Below are positions 8,797 through 17,911 of a stretch of 64,000 nt of DNA, in pieces. The notes beneath the pieces are model-generated. The model worked only from the letters and a program-made list of their open reading frames with translations. It had not been told where the DNA came from and did no database searches. Origin of the DNA: Polyangium sp. y55x31 (GTDB lineage Bacteria; Myxococcota_A; Polyangia; Polyangiales; Polyangiaceae). The stretch is taken from contig NZ_JARZHG010000009.1 in NCBI RefSeq assembly GCF_029946505.1, positions 106,927 through 170,926 of the forward strand. Direction: 5' to 3'. Both the position numbers and the translations under genes were made by a program. How positions within the stretch are numbered: the stretch's first letter is position 1; each line of letters starts with the position of its first letter.

Positions 8797-9933
8797 TTAG
8801 CGCCCAAGGAGCCCGAGGGCCATCACGATTGCCGCCACCAGGACGACGGCGATCCCGATCCACACAGGCCATCGCCGGGGGCGCGACGAGACCGTCGCCT
8901 CCGTCGGCGCCCGTTCCTCGGCCACCGCGCGCTCGATCATGGCGTACGAACCGCTCTCCACGTGGCTCATGCCCACCTCGCTGGGCGCGTTCCTGCGGCC
9001 GACGAGCATGTCCTCCCGCAGCGCCATGCCTCCCGGCAAGAGGGGCTTCATCGCTTCGAGCATCGCCGCAGCGCTGGAGAACCGTTCTTCACGCGAAAGC
9101 CGTGACGCCCGTTCGAGGAGCGCCTCCACGTCGAGGCCGACCCCCGGCACGACCTCGCGCAACGTGGGCATCGGTTTCGTCGCGATATGGTTGAGCAGCA
9201 AGGGGAACGATTTGAGGTCCGCATGCGGCGGCTTTCCGGTGAGCATCGCGAACAGCGTCACCGCCAGCGAAAACAGGTCGCTGCGTGCGTCGATGCCTTT
9301 CGCGCCGTCGAGCTGCTCCGGCGACATGTAAAGCGGCGAGCCGAGGAGCTGCCCCGTCTCGGTCATGGATAGCTGCGGCGCCGAGAGGGCCGAAGGCGCG
9401 GCGCTCGTGGAAGAATCCGGCGGGAGGCGCCGGATCTTGGCGAGGCCAAAATCGAGAATCTTGACCACGATGGCGCCGCCTTCCCGCCGCGCGAGAAAGA
9501 GATTGCCGGGCTTGATGTCCCGATGCACCACGCCCGCCGCATGCGCCGCCGCGAGCCCCGCGCAAACCTGCGCCGCGATCCGCAAAGCCACGTCGACCGG
9601 CAAGGGGCCGACCCTGTCGAGGAGGGATTGCAGGTCCTCCCCGCGGAGCAGTTCCATGACGAGGAACGGGGCGTCCGTGGCGGGATCCCGCTCGATGTCG
9701 AGCACCTGGGCGATGTGCTCCGACTCGAGCGAACCCGCGATGCGCGCCTCCTGGTCGAAGCGCAAAAGCTCGGGATCCCGCGGGTCGAGGGCGCTCCCCC
9801 GCAGCGACTTGATCGCCACGCGCCGGCCGGTTCGCAGGTTCTTCGCGGCGTAGACCGTGCCTATCGCCCCCTCCCCGAGGACGGCGGAGAGCTCGTATTT
9901 GTCGCCGATTTTCCCCTGAACCCTGGTCGCCAA
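8797..9933 (-). CDS. Ser/Thr protein kinase with C-terminal TM anchor
   Basis: Motifs GEGAIGTVY, VAIK, HRDIKPGNLFL, DFG and SPEQ are present. The C-terminus has the TM helix VWIGIAVVLVAAIVMALGLL. The annotated start is TTG at 9933, and no in-frame ATG is nearby. Confidence 0.75.
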   Translation of the reverse strand: MATRVQGKIGDKYELSAVLGEGAIGTVYAAKNLRTGRRVAIKSLRGSALDPRDPELLRFDQEARIAGSLESEHIAQVLDIERDPATDAPFLVMELLRGEDLQSLLDRVGPLPVDVALRIAAQVCAGLAAAHAAGVVHRDIKPGNLFLARREGGAIVVKILDFGLAKIRRLPPDSSTSAAPSALSAPQLSMTETGQLLGSPLYMSPEQLDGAKGIDARSDLFSLAVTLFAMLTGKPPHADLKSFPLLLNHIATKPMPTLREVVPGVGLDVEALLERASRLSREERFSSAAAMLEAMKPLLPGGMALREDMLVGRRNAPSEVGMSHVESGSYAMIERAVAEERAPTEATVSSRPRRWPVWIGIAVVLVAAIVMALGLLGR

Positions 9934-10001
9934 GGTTGCGCGAAGGTATCGCCATCGCGCGTGGCGGGCAAGGGCTGTGGAGGAGGGCAGGGCGCGAGGC
10001 G

Positions 10002-10877
10002 TTATCTCTTGGCCTTCGCCTTCAGGGCGGCGGCCTGTTCCAGCAGCGCCTTCGCCTGTGCTTCGAGCTGCTCGACGGCCTGCGCCTGGGCCCTCTGCTC
10101 CTCAGCGGCGCGGGCCTCGGCCTCGGCTTCCTCTTCGAGCTTTTTCAGGAGGGCATTCCGCTCTTCGAGCTGGGCGGTGAGCTCGGCGATGGACGTCTTG
10201 ACCTCGTCGATCGTCTCCTCCTGCTCGCGGGGCGGCTCGCGATAAAAGAAACCATCGGCGAAGTCCTGCGGGAGCGCGGGGTTCTGGAAGGGCAGCTTTC
10301 CGAGCCCGCCGTGCGCCTCCTTGCGGGCGGCATTGACCTTGTCGATGAACTGCTTGCGCTTGCCGACGTCGCGGAAATCGCGATTGCTCGCCTGCGCAGC
10401 CTTGCGCAATTGCTCGGCGTCCTTGCCTGCGGAGACGAACTCCTCTGCCTCGGGCGCCAGGGCCACGAGCGCGGGCACGCCGCATTTCGCGAGCGTCTCG
10501 GCCCAATCGCTCATGGAATCGAGCTGCCCGGCGAGGACGGGCCGCCGGAATTTCCCGAGCGGCTTGTTCTTGAAGAGCGCCGTGCGGAGCTGCTTTCGTG
10601 TATTGCCGTCGGTCGTATCGTCGATGGTCCGCGAGACGCGGCCGGCGAAGCCATCGAGCGCGCCGTCGGCCTTGTCGACGGTGGCTTGCGCGCGTGAGAC
10701 GGCATCGAGGATTTCGATTTCTTCGAGGAGGACGAGCTTCCATTCCTCGTGGAGGCCCTGAAAGACAGGCACGTAAACCGCGGCGTGAGGCTCCTGGCGC
10801 GCGCGGGAGAGGGTGTATTGCAGCTCCCGGAGGAGCGTAAAAAGACCGATACGATAGGCAAGACTGCGGGCAGCCAT
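10002..10877 (-). CDS. hypothetical protein with C-terminal Ala/Glu/Gln-rich coiled coil
   Basis: The ORF track ORF is trimmed to ATG 10877 (MAARSLAYRIG...). No recognisable domain was found. Confidence 0.45.
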   Translation of the reverse strand: MAARSLAYRIGLFTLLRELQYTLSRARQEPHAAVYVPVFQGLHEEWKLVLLEEIEILDAVSRAQATVDKADGALDGFAGRVSRTIDDTTDGNTRKQLRTALFKNKPLGKFRRPVLAGQLDSMSDWAETLAKCGVPALVALAPEAEEFVSAGKDAEQLRKAAQASNRDFRDVGKRKQFIDKVNAARKEAHGGLGKLPFQNPALPQDFADGFFYREPPREQEETIDEVKTSIAELTAQLEERNALLKKLEEEAEAEARAAEEQRAQAQAVEQLEAQAKALLEQAAALKAKAKR

Positions 10878-10996
10878 GGTGGGGGACGCTACGCGAACCG
10901 CCTTGGACGGCGCAAGGGAAATGTGCAGCCCGCACCACAACTTTCGACGTGGGTGCGCGCGCGGAGCATGGGATGGCCCCGCCTTCCCCCTCGGGT

Positions 10997-12208
10997 TCAG
11001 TTGATGTCGAGGTAAAACGGCCCGAGACAGCAGAACGTCACCGCGCCGATGGCGTTCCGCGTCGCCGCCCCGGTAGGCGTGCCGCCGCTGCTCAGGCATT
11101 CACCGGGCACGTAGGCGAGATCCGTGATCGCCTTGGCGCCGAGGGCCCGGCCAGGGGCGACGATGTTGATGCACTTCTCGTAGCCGGAAGCGAGGCCGCC
11201 CTTCTCGAACTCGGATGCGCAAGCGGCGTCGTTGTAGAGCCTCACCGATCCAACACAACCACTCCCCACGACAGGCCCGCACGCGCACGCCTCGCAAGCG
11301 CGATCGTCGGCCACGTCTTTCGGATACCCCACATACCATGCATAACGATAATTTAGCGGACAGTCCTCCAGCGTGAACTCTCCCCCTCGGTGCACGCAAT
11401 GAAGGTATTCCGGCCCTGGATCCGCGACGCAAGACTTCTCGCGCGAGCCGCACGAATCATCGTCCAGGTTGGCCGTGCACCCGAGCACCGCCGTCTTCCA
11501 CTCGGTCTTCGTCGTGAAGTCCGGCGCCGCCTTCACGAGCTGGCACGGCTCCTCCGTCGTCGGCCCCGGGAGCGGCGAGACCACCACGGATTGCGCACAG
11601 GGCTCCCCGCCGCAATCAGCCCCCGCCGGAAGGGCGTTCATGCTGGTGCACGAGCCGTCCCAACCGGCGGGTCCGTCGAAAGGGACGGATACCGCTCCCA
11701 CTTCCCCGCAGACACCTGCACGCACATCGATCGACGCCGGAAGCTCCGTGCACGTGCCCGACGAGGGCCCGCATTCGCACGGCCCGCATTCGGCCGGCGG
11801 CGCGACGAGGTCCATGTAGAGGCGGAATTGCTCGCTCGATGTGCCCTTCGGACACACGAGCGGAGGATCGCCCTCCTTGGGCGTCGGACCCACCAGGAGC
11901 GCAATGGGCTCTTTGCTCCACAGCCCCGCGTGTTGCCCGCCGCTCGGCACCGGGACGCAACGACCGCCGCCATGCTCACAGCTCGTCGACTGTGGATCGA
12001 TGCCTTGTGGATCGGAACCGGGCAGCCCCGCGTCTTCGTCGCTCGCGTCGGGAGCTGCGTCGGTTCCAGCGTCGATGCACAGCTTTCCCGTTGGGTAGCG
12101 AGGATCCGGATCGCAGTCGCCCCAGGACGCTGCCGGTGCCACGGTGCACGCGCTCGCGAGAGGCACGACAATGGAGGCGACACAAAAAAGAACCTTCCGC
12201 ATGATCAA
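10997..12208 (-). CDS. secreted Cys-rich lipoprotein, hypothetical
   Basis: The signal/lipobox VVPLASAC is present and the protein has >30 Cys. Its start overlaps the stop of the upstream gene in ATGA, indicating translational coupling. Confidence 0.6.
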   Translation of the reverse strand: MIMRKVLFCVASIVVPLASACTVAPAASWGDCDPDPRYPTGKLCIDAGTDAAPDASDEDAGLPGSDPQGIDPQSTSCEHGGGRCVPVPSGGQHAGLWSKEPIALLVGPTPKEGDPPLVCPKGTSSEQFRLYMDLVAPPAECGPCECGPSSGTCTELPASIDVRAGVCGEVGAVSVPFDGPAGWDGSCTSMNALPAGADCGGEPCAQSVVVSPLPGPTTEEPCQLVKAAPDFTTKTEWKTAVLGCTANLDDDSCGSREKSCVADPGPEYLHCVHRGGEFTLEDCPLNYRYAWYVGYPKDVADDRACEACACGPVVGSGCVGSVRLYNDAACASEFEKGGLASGYEKCINIVAPGRALGAKAITDLAYVPGECLSSGGTPTGAATRNAIGAVTFCCLGPFYLDIN

Positions 12209-13431
12209 AACTCCCAGCTTCCAGTGATGGACGTCCCCACCATCAGCGGCGGCGTCTCCGAGACGACGGTGTCTTCCACGCCGACCCGGATCCCACGGGA
12301 CAATCCGAGCACATCGATTGCAGCTTGTACAGCAAAAGAGGGGGAAGGGACAAACCTAACGCCGAGACGCCCGCCAATGCCGGGCATGACGAACGTATCG
12401 GATCGACTTGTAAACGTCTCGGTGGAGAAATCGATCTTGATCACGCCGACGTGTCCGAGCGCGCAGCCGAAGGCCCAGCGGTAGTGTCCACAAACGCTCA
12501 GGATCCCGCCCGCGGTCATCGCGTCGATCGGCTCTCCGCCCACCCCGGCGGGCACCCAGGCGGCACGCCCTTCGAGCCCGATCGATACGTTCTCGTTGGG
12601 CCTCAAGCTCAGACCGAACACGGGCCCCACCGCAGGCGACCATGTCGCCACGCCAAACACGACCACGGGCCCCGCATAGATTGAGCCGCGCAAGCCGCTC
12701 TTCCTCTCGTGCCCAGCCGTACGTGGATCCGTGTCGGGGTAGGCATAGGGATCCTCTTGCTTGGGGAGCTGTCCCTCGTCCGCCACGACCGTCCGCTGGA
12801 TCTTCATCGGCCCCGCCTCTGCCACGGCGGGCGCAATCGCCTCCACCGGCTCGGCCTCGGGCAGCGGAACGAGCGTCACGTAGACCGGCCGATCCTTCTT
12901 GCTCTCGGCCTCGAACGTCACCACCGCGTCCTGATACCCCGCGAGGCTCGCCTTGATCTCGTGTTTCCCCGCGAGCACGAACACGTAAAAGGCCGACCGT
13001 CCCGCTCGATTACGCGCCACGCCGTCGAGCAGCACCGAGGCGCCCGCGTGCGAAACGACCACCTCGATCCACGCGCCCTGCGCCTGGGCCGCCTCGAATG
13101 CACGGAAAAATGCTCGTCGCTCGGCCGTCGATGCCTGCGTGGCGCGCTGAATGGCGGCGAGGAGAAGCTCCGGCGCCTGCTCGGGCGTGCCTAGTTCCAC
13201 GAGCAGCACACCGAGCCGACCCGCCACGAGCGGATCGTTCCGCACCTCCAGGGCCTGTCCGTACGCGATGGCCGCTTCCTGGAGCCGCCCCGCGGCGCGC
13301 GCGCGGTCCCCCATCGTCGCGAGGGCCTCGAATCGAACGGCCGCGGCAACGTCCGCGTCCGTGCCGGTCTCCGCGCGGGCAACTCCGTGGAGCGTCGCCA
13401 GGAGCGTCAGAACCCCGAAGGCTCGAATCAT
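12205..13431 (-). CDS. secreted TPR-like + PEGA-like domain protein with C-terminal beta-barrel-like region (terminal Phe)
   Basis: Start is taken at ATG 13431 (MIRAFGVLTLLATLHGVARA signal) with a GAAGGG RBS. There is a PEGA-like segment VVVSHAGASVLLDGV...GKHEIKASLAGYQD. The C-terminus ...SITGSWEF has an OMP-like terminal aromatic residue. Confidence 0.55.
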   Translation of the reverse strand: MIRAFGVLTLLATLHGVARAETGTDADVAAAVRFEALATMGDRARAAGRLQEAAIAYGQALEVRNDPLVAGRLGVLLVELGTPEQAPELLLAAIQRATQASTAERRAFFRAFEAAQAQGAWIEVVVSHAGASVLLDGVARNRAGRSAFYVFVLAGKHEIKASLAGYQDAVVTFEAESKKDRPVYVTLVPLPEAEPVEAIAPAVAEAGPMKIQRTVVADEGQLPKQEDPYAYPDTDPRTAGHERKSGLRGSIYAGPVVVFGVATWSPAVGPVFGLSLRPNENVSIGLEGRAAWVPAGVGGEPIDAMTAGGILSVCGHYRWAFGCALGHVGVIKIDFSTETFTSRSDTFVMPGIGGRLGVRFVPSPSFAVQAAIDVLGLSRGIRVGVEDTVVSETPPLMVGTSITGSWEF

Positions 13432-13476
13432 CCCTTCATGGTACACGGGGCGCGACGCGCGCCGCAAGGCCGTCCA

Positions 13477-14397
13477 TTACCGGGACGAACCCCCTTGGTC
13501 TCCGGGCGTCATGCCCTCCATTGAAAACACGAGCCTGGGCTTGACCTTGCGGCGGGGCGGAAGGGGCGTCGCCTTGCGATCCACTCCGGCAGGAGGGAGC
13601 ATCGAGGGGACATCTGCGAGCCGCGTCTCCGCCTCCTGCACAGGCGCAAGCGCCACGCGGACAGGGGGAACACGCAGCCCTGCGCGTGCATGGACGGCGG
13701 AAACCGGCTGGACGCTCGCGAGGAGAAACGCCCAGATCGCGCTGCCGAGGAGCGCCCCGCGACACGCTTGGTCGTGGAGCTTGCGCCACCGCTCGAGCCG
13801 ACGCGGCTCCGACGGCGGTTCGCCGAATGCCGAAAGCAGGAGGACCACGCCGAGGTGGTCGTCGAGCGAGAGGCCGAGCTTATCGGTGAGGTATTCACGG
13901 GCGCGGTGATAACGCTGTTTGGCCGCCGCTTCGGAGATGCCGAGGCGCTCCGCTGCTTCGCGGTGCGAGAGCTCTTCGATTGCGATCAGGCGGAAGACCT
14001 CGCGCTGATTGCGCGGCATACGTTCGAGGCTCTTTGCCATACGCGCCTGGGCCTCCTGCACCTGCGCGTGTCGTTCGGGGGAGGGCATGTTCGTCACGCA
14101 CACCTCGGCCTCCCCGCAATCGGGCCAGAACCGCGCCTGATACCGGTGCCGCTTTCAAGAGCAGTCCTTCACCACGTTCATCGCGACGCCCTGTACCCAT
14201 GGCCGCAGCTCGCCGAGCTCGGGGCGATAGGTCGACGCGCAGCCAAGGAGCGTGATGACCACGTCCTGGATCAGATCCTCGGCCAAAGCCAGATCGGCTC
14301 CCTGCCGTAGCAATGCACCCGTGACGACCTGGCGAATGTCGGGCACGAGGGCCGCAATGGCGGCGGGGAAGTCGGTCGACGGCGAACGAGGCGTCAT
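13477..14397 (-). pseudogene. ECF sigma factor (region 2 + region 4) with C-terminal TM extension, interrupted by one in-frame TGA at 14155-14157
   Basis: ORF 14397->14155 encodes sigma region 2 (DLIQDVVITLL...YRPELGELRPWVQGVAMNVVKDC). ORF 14103->13477 is in the same frame and encodes region 4 (MPRNQREVFRLIAIEELSHREAAERLGISEAAAKQRYHRAREYL) plus a TM helix. Only a single TGA separates the two. Confidence 0.5.
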
Positions 14398-14540
14398 GCG
14401 GGGATCTTTGCCGCAGGGGGGAACGAGGTGACGGGTGATTTTACCAGGAACGACCTGCGCCCGAGCTGCGAGATCCGCGGCAGGATGCTCGTCTTCCCGC
14501 GCGGAGTGGTGTAGGCTCGAAGAGCCCAGGGGAGACAGCC

Positions 14541-15056
14541 ATGAAACGCCGCGGTCCGTACATCGCCGTCGCCGCCGTCGCGCTGGTCACCGTGGGGCTG
14601 GGGGCGTCTCGGGGGGAGCCCAGGAGCACGGGCCGAACGAGCGACGAGATGTGTGAGGACCTCGAAGAGCTGTTCGAGGGGTACTGCAAGAACGTTGATT
14701 GCCCAGGGGTGGCGGAGGAGTACACGGACGCGTGCCTGGCCGGCTGCGTCCGGGGGCTCTGTCCGGAGAAGGTGCCTTGCACGGGGCTCGACCCGATCTG
14801 GTGCGCCTCGTGCGAAGACATGCACGGCGCGCGGTTCTGGGATGACATCGAGACCGCCCTGATTCGCTGCGAGCACACGCTACGAAAAAAGTACCAGACG
14901 CTGAACATCGACCGCGAGGAGCACTACGCTTGTTTTGAAGCGCGCATGGAGTCGGATTGCCCCGCGCTGAAGGGCACGGATTGGTACGCCAAGTTGCGGG
15001 AGGCCACGGGACAATCGCCACTTTCAGGCTCGTCCGGCGCGATTCCTGAGCGGTGA
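14541..15056 (+). CDS. small secreted Cys-rich protein, hypothetical
   Basis: A GGGGAGA RBS precedes the ATG at 14541. It has a signal peptide and 14 Cys. It is divergent from the ECF sigma gene. Confidence 0.55.
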   Translation: MKRRGPYIAVAAVALVTVGLGASRGEPRSTGRTSDEMCEDLEELFEGYCKNVDCPGVAEEYTDACLAGCVRGLCPEKVPCTGLDPIWCASCEDMHGARFWDDIETALIRCEHTLRKKYQTLNIDREEHYACFEARMESDCPALKGTDWYAKLREATGQSPLSGSSGAIPER

Positions 15057-15630
15057 TCACTCTCCGCCGTGCCCAGCCTCCCCGGACTCTTCGCTGAACC
15101 CTCCAGCGCCGCCCACGCCCCCCGCGCCACCCACTCCCTGCTCAGTGATCCTGTTCCACGATACAGCAAGGCCCCGCCGAGCCCCTCATTTCGCGCAACC
15201 CGAAACCGACCCCATCCTCGGGAGACGGAGCCTGTTCCGCGGCCGAACAAGGGGGAAACCGGCGAGCCGAGGACCGTCTCGCCCCTGGACAGGACCCGCG
15301 CGGAGCCCCTCTTCGTTTTCAGCCAAAACAACACCCGACCGCGGGAGCGGCCCAGGGCTGTTTCGGGAAACCGAGGGTGGCCGCCGACGTGGCCCCGGGT
15401 GGTTTTGCAAGGGAACGACGTCCGGCATGTCGAGCCCGGGGCAGTCACGGCGCAGAACGAGGGGCGGCGCCAAAGACAGGCGCGGATTCCACGCAAAATA
15501 GAGGGCGGCAGGAAGGCCCGGGTGCGCGTGACACGGACCCGCATAGGGCCGAAGCGAGAGGCAAAGGCAGTTCAGCGAGAGAACAGCAGGCGGCAGCGCA
15601 AACGAAGCCCGTTACGAAATGCGCGTCCGG

Positions 15631-16011
15631 TCAGCCCCCACCATCCACCGCCGGCCGCGCCGCCATCGAAAGCAGCGCCCCCGGACAAACCACCGGCTGC
15701 GTCCGCTCGTTGCTCCCCTCCCGCATGCACGATTTCCCCATCACACGAATACGCTCGCCCACGTGCAAATCCTGCGGGCAAGCCGTGCGCGTGGCCGGGG
15801 AGACGACGTCCCGGTCGACCGAATACACCTCGCATCGCTCGGCCGTGCGGGCGAGGTAATGGCGAATCGTCGGGCGGCGCGGCATGGCGGCCGAGGGCGC
15901 GGCCGATGCCATGGGCGCAGGCGGGGTCGGCAAAGGCTCGGCCGATTCGCCGCTCCGGCACGCCGGGAGCAAGGCCACGAGGAGCAGCAGCGTGGTCCGG
16001 AAGGGCGTCAT
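15631..16011 (-). CDS. small lipoprotein, hypothetical
   Basis: Start is ATG 16011 (MTPFRTTLLLLVALLPAC lipobox), overlapping the HDAC stop in ATGA. Confidence 0.5.
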   Translation of the reverse strand: MTPFRTTLLLLVALLPACRSGESAEPLPTPPAPMASAAPSAAMPRRPTIRHYLARTAERCEVYSVDRDVVSPATRTACPQDLHVGERIRVMGKSCMREGSNERTQPVVCPGALLSMAARPAVDGGG

Positions 16012-16907
16012 CCGAAGACCTCGCGGGCGACGGCGTACGTTCCGCAATGCGCGTCGAGCGTCGCGTCGATGGGATCGGCATAACCGCCGCCGAGGGTGAG
16101 CGCGATCGGAATGCCCCGGCGCCGCGCCTCGCCGAGGACACGCTCGTCCCTCCGGCGCATGCCCGCCGCCGTCATGCCGAGCCGGCCCAGTTTGTCCGCC
16201 GCGAGCGCGTCCACGCCGCCCTGGAAAAACACGAGATCGGGGTTCGATTCGGCGAACGCGCGGGCGAGGAACGGTTCGAGCGCGGCGAGGTATTCGTCAT
16301 CGCCCGTCTGGTCCGGGAGCGCGAGGTCGAGGTCGCTTTGCTGCTTGTGGAAGGGGAAGTTCTTTTCGCCGTGGATCGAGGCCGTGTAGACGCGGGGCTC
16401 GTTTCCGAAAATGGCGGCGGTGCCGTCGCCCTGGTGGACGTCGAGGTCGAGGACGAGGACGCGGCGGACGTCGCCCGCGTCGAGCAAGGTGCGGCAAGCG
16501 ACGGCGATGTCGTTGAAGACGCAAAATCCAGCGCCGCGATCGGCGAACGCGTGGTGCGTTCCGCCGGCGAGGTTTCCCGAAATGCCGTCTTCGAGGGCGG
16601 CGCGGCCCGCGGAGATCGTGCCGGAGACGCTGGCGCGGGACCGGCGCAGGAGGGCGTCGGACCAGGGAAAACCGATGGCGCGGAGGATGCGGGGGTCGAG
16701 CGTGCCCGAGAGCAAGCCTTCGAGGTAGTGCGGCGCGTGGACACGCTCGAGGTCGAGGGCCGCAGCCGGCGTGGAGGGCAGGAGGTCGGTCGGATCGAGC
16801 AGGCGCGCCTCCAGCAAGCGCTCGCGAAGGCGCGCGTACTTCGCCATCGGGAAGCGATGCCCGGGCGGAAGCGGGACCTCCACGTGATCGCAGAAGAACA
16901 CGCGCAC
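16008..16907 (-). CDS. histone deacetylase-family (acetoin utilisation AcuC-like) deacetylase
   Basis: The sequence has the hallmarks of the HDAC fold family, including the HHxF motif (GGTHHAF), the zinc ligands in LVLDLDVHQGDGT and the conserved GGGY motif. Confidence 0.85.
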   Translation of the reverse strand: MRVFFCDHVEVPLPPGHRFPMAKYARLRERLLEARLLDPTDLLPSTPAAALDLERVHAPHYLEGLLSGTLDPRILRAIGFPWSDALLRRSRASVSGTISAGRAALEDGISGNLAGGTHHAFADRGAGFCVFNDIAVACRTLLDAGDVRRVLVLDLDVHQGDGTAAIFGNEPRVYTASIHGEKNFPFHKQQSDLDLALPDQTGDDEYLAALEPFLARAFAESNPDLVFFQGGVDALAADKLGRLGMTAAGMRRRDERVLGEARRRGIPIALTLGGGYADPIDATLDAHCGTYAVAREVFG

Positions 16908-16975
16908 GGTCCTCTCCTTGCCACAAGTTTTGTCGTGGCGGGCCTTTGGCGTTGGGGTAATTCATCCGTCCCCCC

Positions 16976-17911
16976 ATGGCCGAGCTTCGCCCCTCGTCGC
17001 GCTCCGGAAAGGACGGGATCCCCATCGACTGGGGGAGCCTCGCGCCGCTGCGCCTGAAGGCCCGGACGCTGGCCGAGGGCGTGTACGCAGGCGGGCACCG
17101 GAGCGTGCGCAAAGGGCCGGGCGTGGAGTTCGGCGGGCACAGGCCCTACGTGCCCGGCGACGATCTGCGGTTCTTCGACCGGCGCGCCCTGCTCCGGCAC
17201 GACCGGATGATGGTGCGCGAGTTCGAGACGGAGACGGATCGCGCGCTCTGGCTCGTCGTGGACGCGACGGCTTCGATGGCCTACCGCAGCAGCCGCGCCC
17301 CGGGCGCAAAGCTCGCCTACGGGGCGCTCGTGGCCGCGGCGCTCGCGCGCGTGGCGCTGTCGACGGGGGATCCCGTGGGCCTCGCGTGGATCGGCGGGCG
17401 CGGGACGTTGCCGCTGCCGGCGTCGAGCGGGCGCGAGGCGTTCGACAGGGTCGCAGGGGCGCTCGAAGGGGCCGCGGCCGCGGGCGACGCGAGCGCGGAC
17501 GAGGCGGCGATGGAGCGGGCCCTCGCCCCGGTGGCGCGGCGCGCGCGGCGAGGCGCGGTGATCGTGCTGGTGAGTGATTTCGTGGACCTGCCGGAGCGGG
17601 CGCTCGCGGCGTTCACGGCGCTCGGGGCCGGCGGGCGCTCGCTCGTGGCGCTGCGGGTGCTCGATCCGAACGAGGCGGATCTCGGTTTCTCGGGGCACGT
17701 GCGGCTCCGCGCGAGCGAGGGCGACGTGGTCGTGGAGACGGACGCCGAGGAGGTGCGCGCGATCTATCGGGAGCGGCTCGCCGGGATCGCCGAGCGCTGG
17801 TCGACGGAGCTCTCCGCGAGGGGCGGGCGCTGGGTCGAGTCGATCACGTCCACGCCTCCCGCCGACGTGGTGCGCGCCGTGGTGCGCGCCGTGGCCGAGG
17901 CACGCGCATGA
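16976..17911 (+). CDS. DUF58 family protein (vWA-like, MoxR-associated type)
   Basis: DUF58-like motif GDDLRFFDRRA is present. It overlaps the next gene in ATGA. Confidence 0.75.
   Translation: MAELRPSSRSGKDGIPIDWGSLAPLRLKARTLAEGVYAGGHRSVRKGPGVEFGGHRPYVPGDDLRFFDRRALLRHDRMMVREFETETDRALWLVVDATASMAYRSSRAPGAKLAYGALVAAALARVALSTGDPVGLAWIGGRGTLPLPASSGREAFDRVAGALEGAAAAGDASADEAAMERALAPVARRARRGAVIVLVSDFVDLPERALAAFTALGAGGRSLVALRVLDPNEADLGFSGHVRLRASEGDVVVETDAEEVRAIYRERLAGIAERWSTELSARGGRWVESITSTPPADVVRAVVRAVAEARA

Noticed and set aside
9089-10697. ORFs 9089..9955 (-) and 9523..10245 / 9936..10697 (+)
   Set aside because: They are frame-shadows of the STPK gene and the coiled-coil gene, and none has motifs. 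The kinase frame has all Hanks motifs.
15380-15630. RNase P RNA in the 570-bp gap
   Set aside because: There are only scattered partial matches (GGAAGGCCCGGG, CAUAGGGCC). The P4 partner strand and the 3' ACAGAAxCCGGCUUA motif are absent on both strands. The region is kept only as an unexplained non-coding gap.
15069-17057. 662-aa plus ORF, and minus ORFs 16172..17698 and 16297..17112
   Set aside because: They overlap the clearly recognisable HDAC and DUF58 genes on other strands or frames. They are Arg/Pro/Ala-rich low-complexity translations typical of high-GC shadow ORFs.
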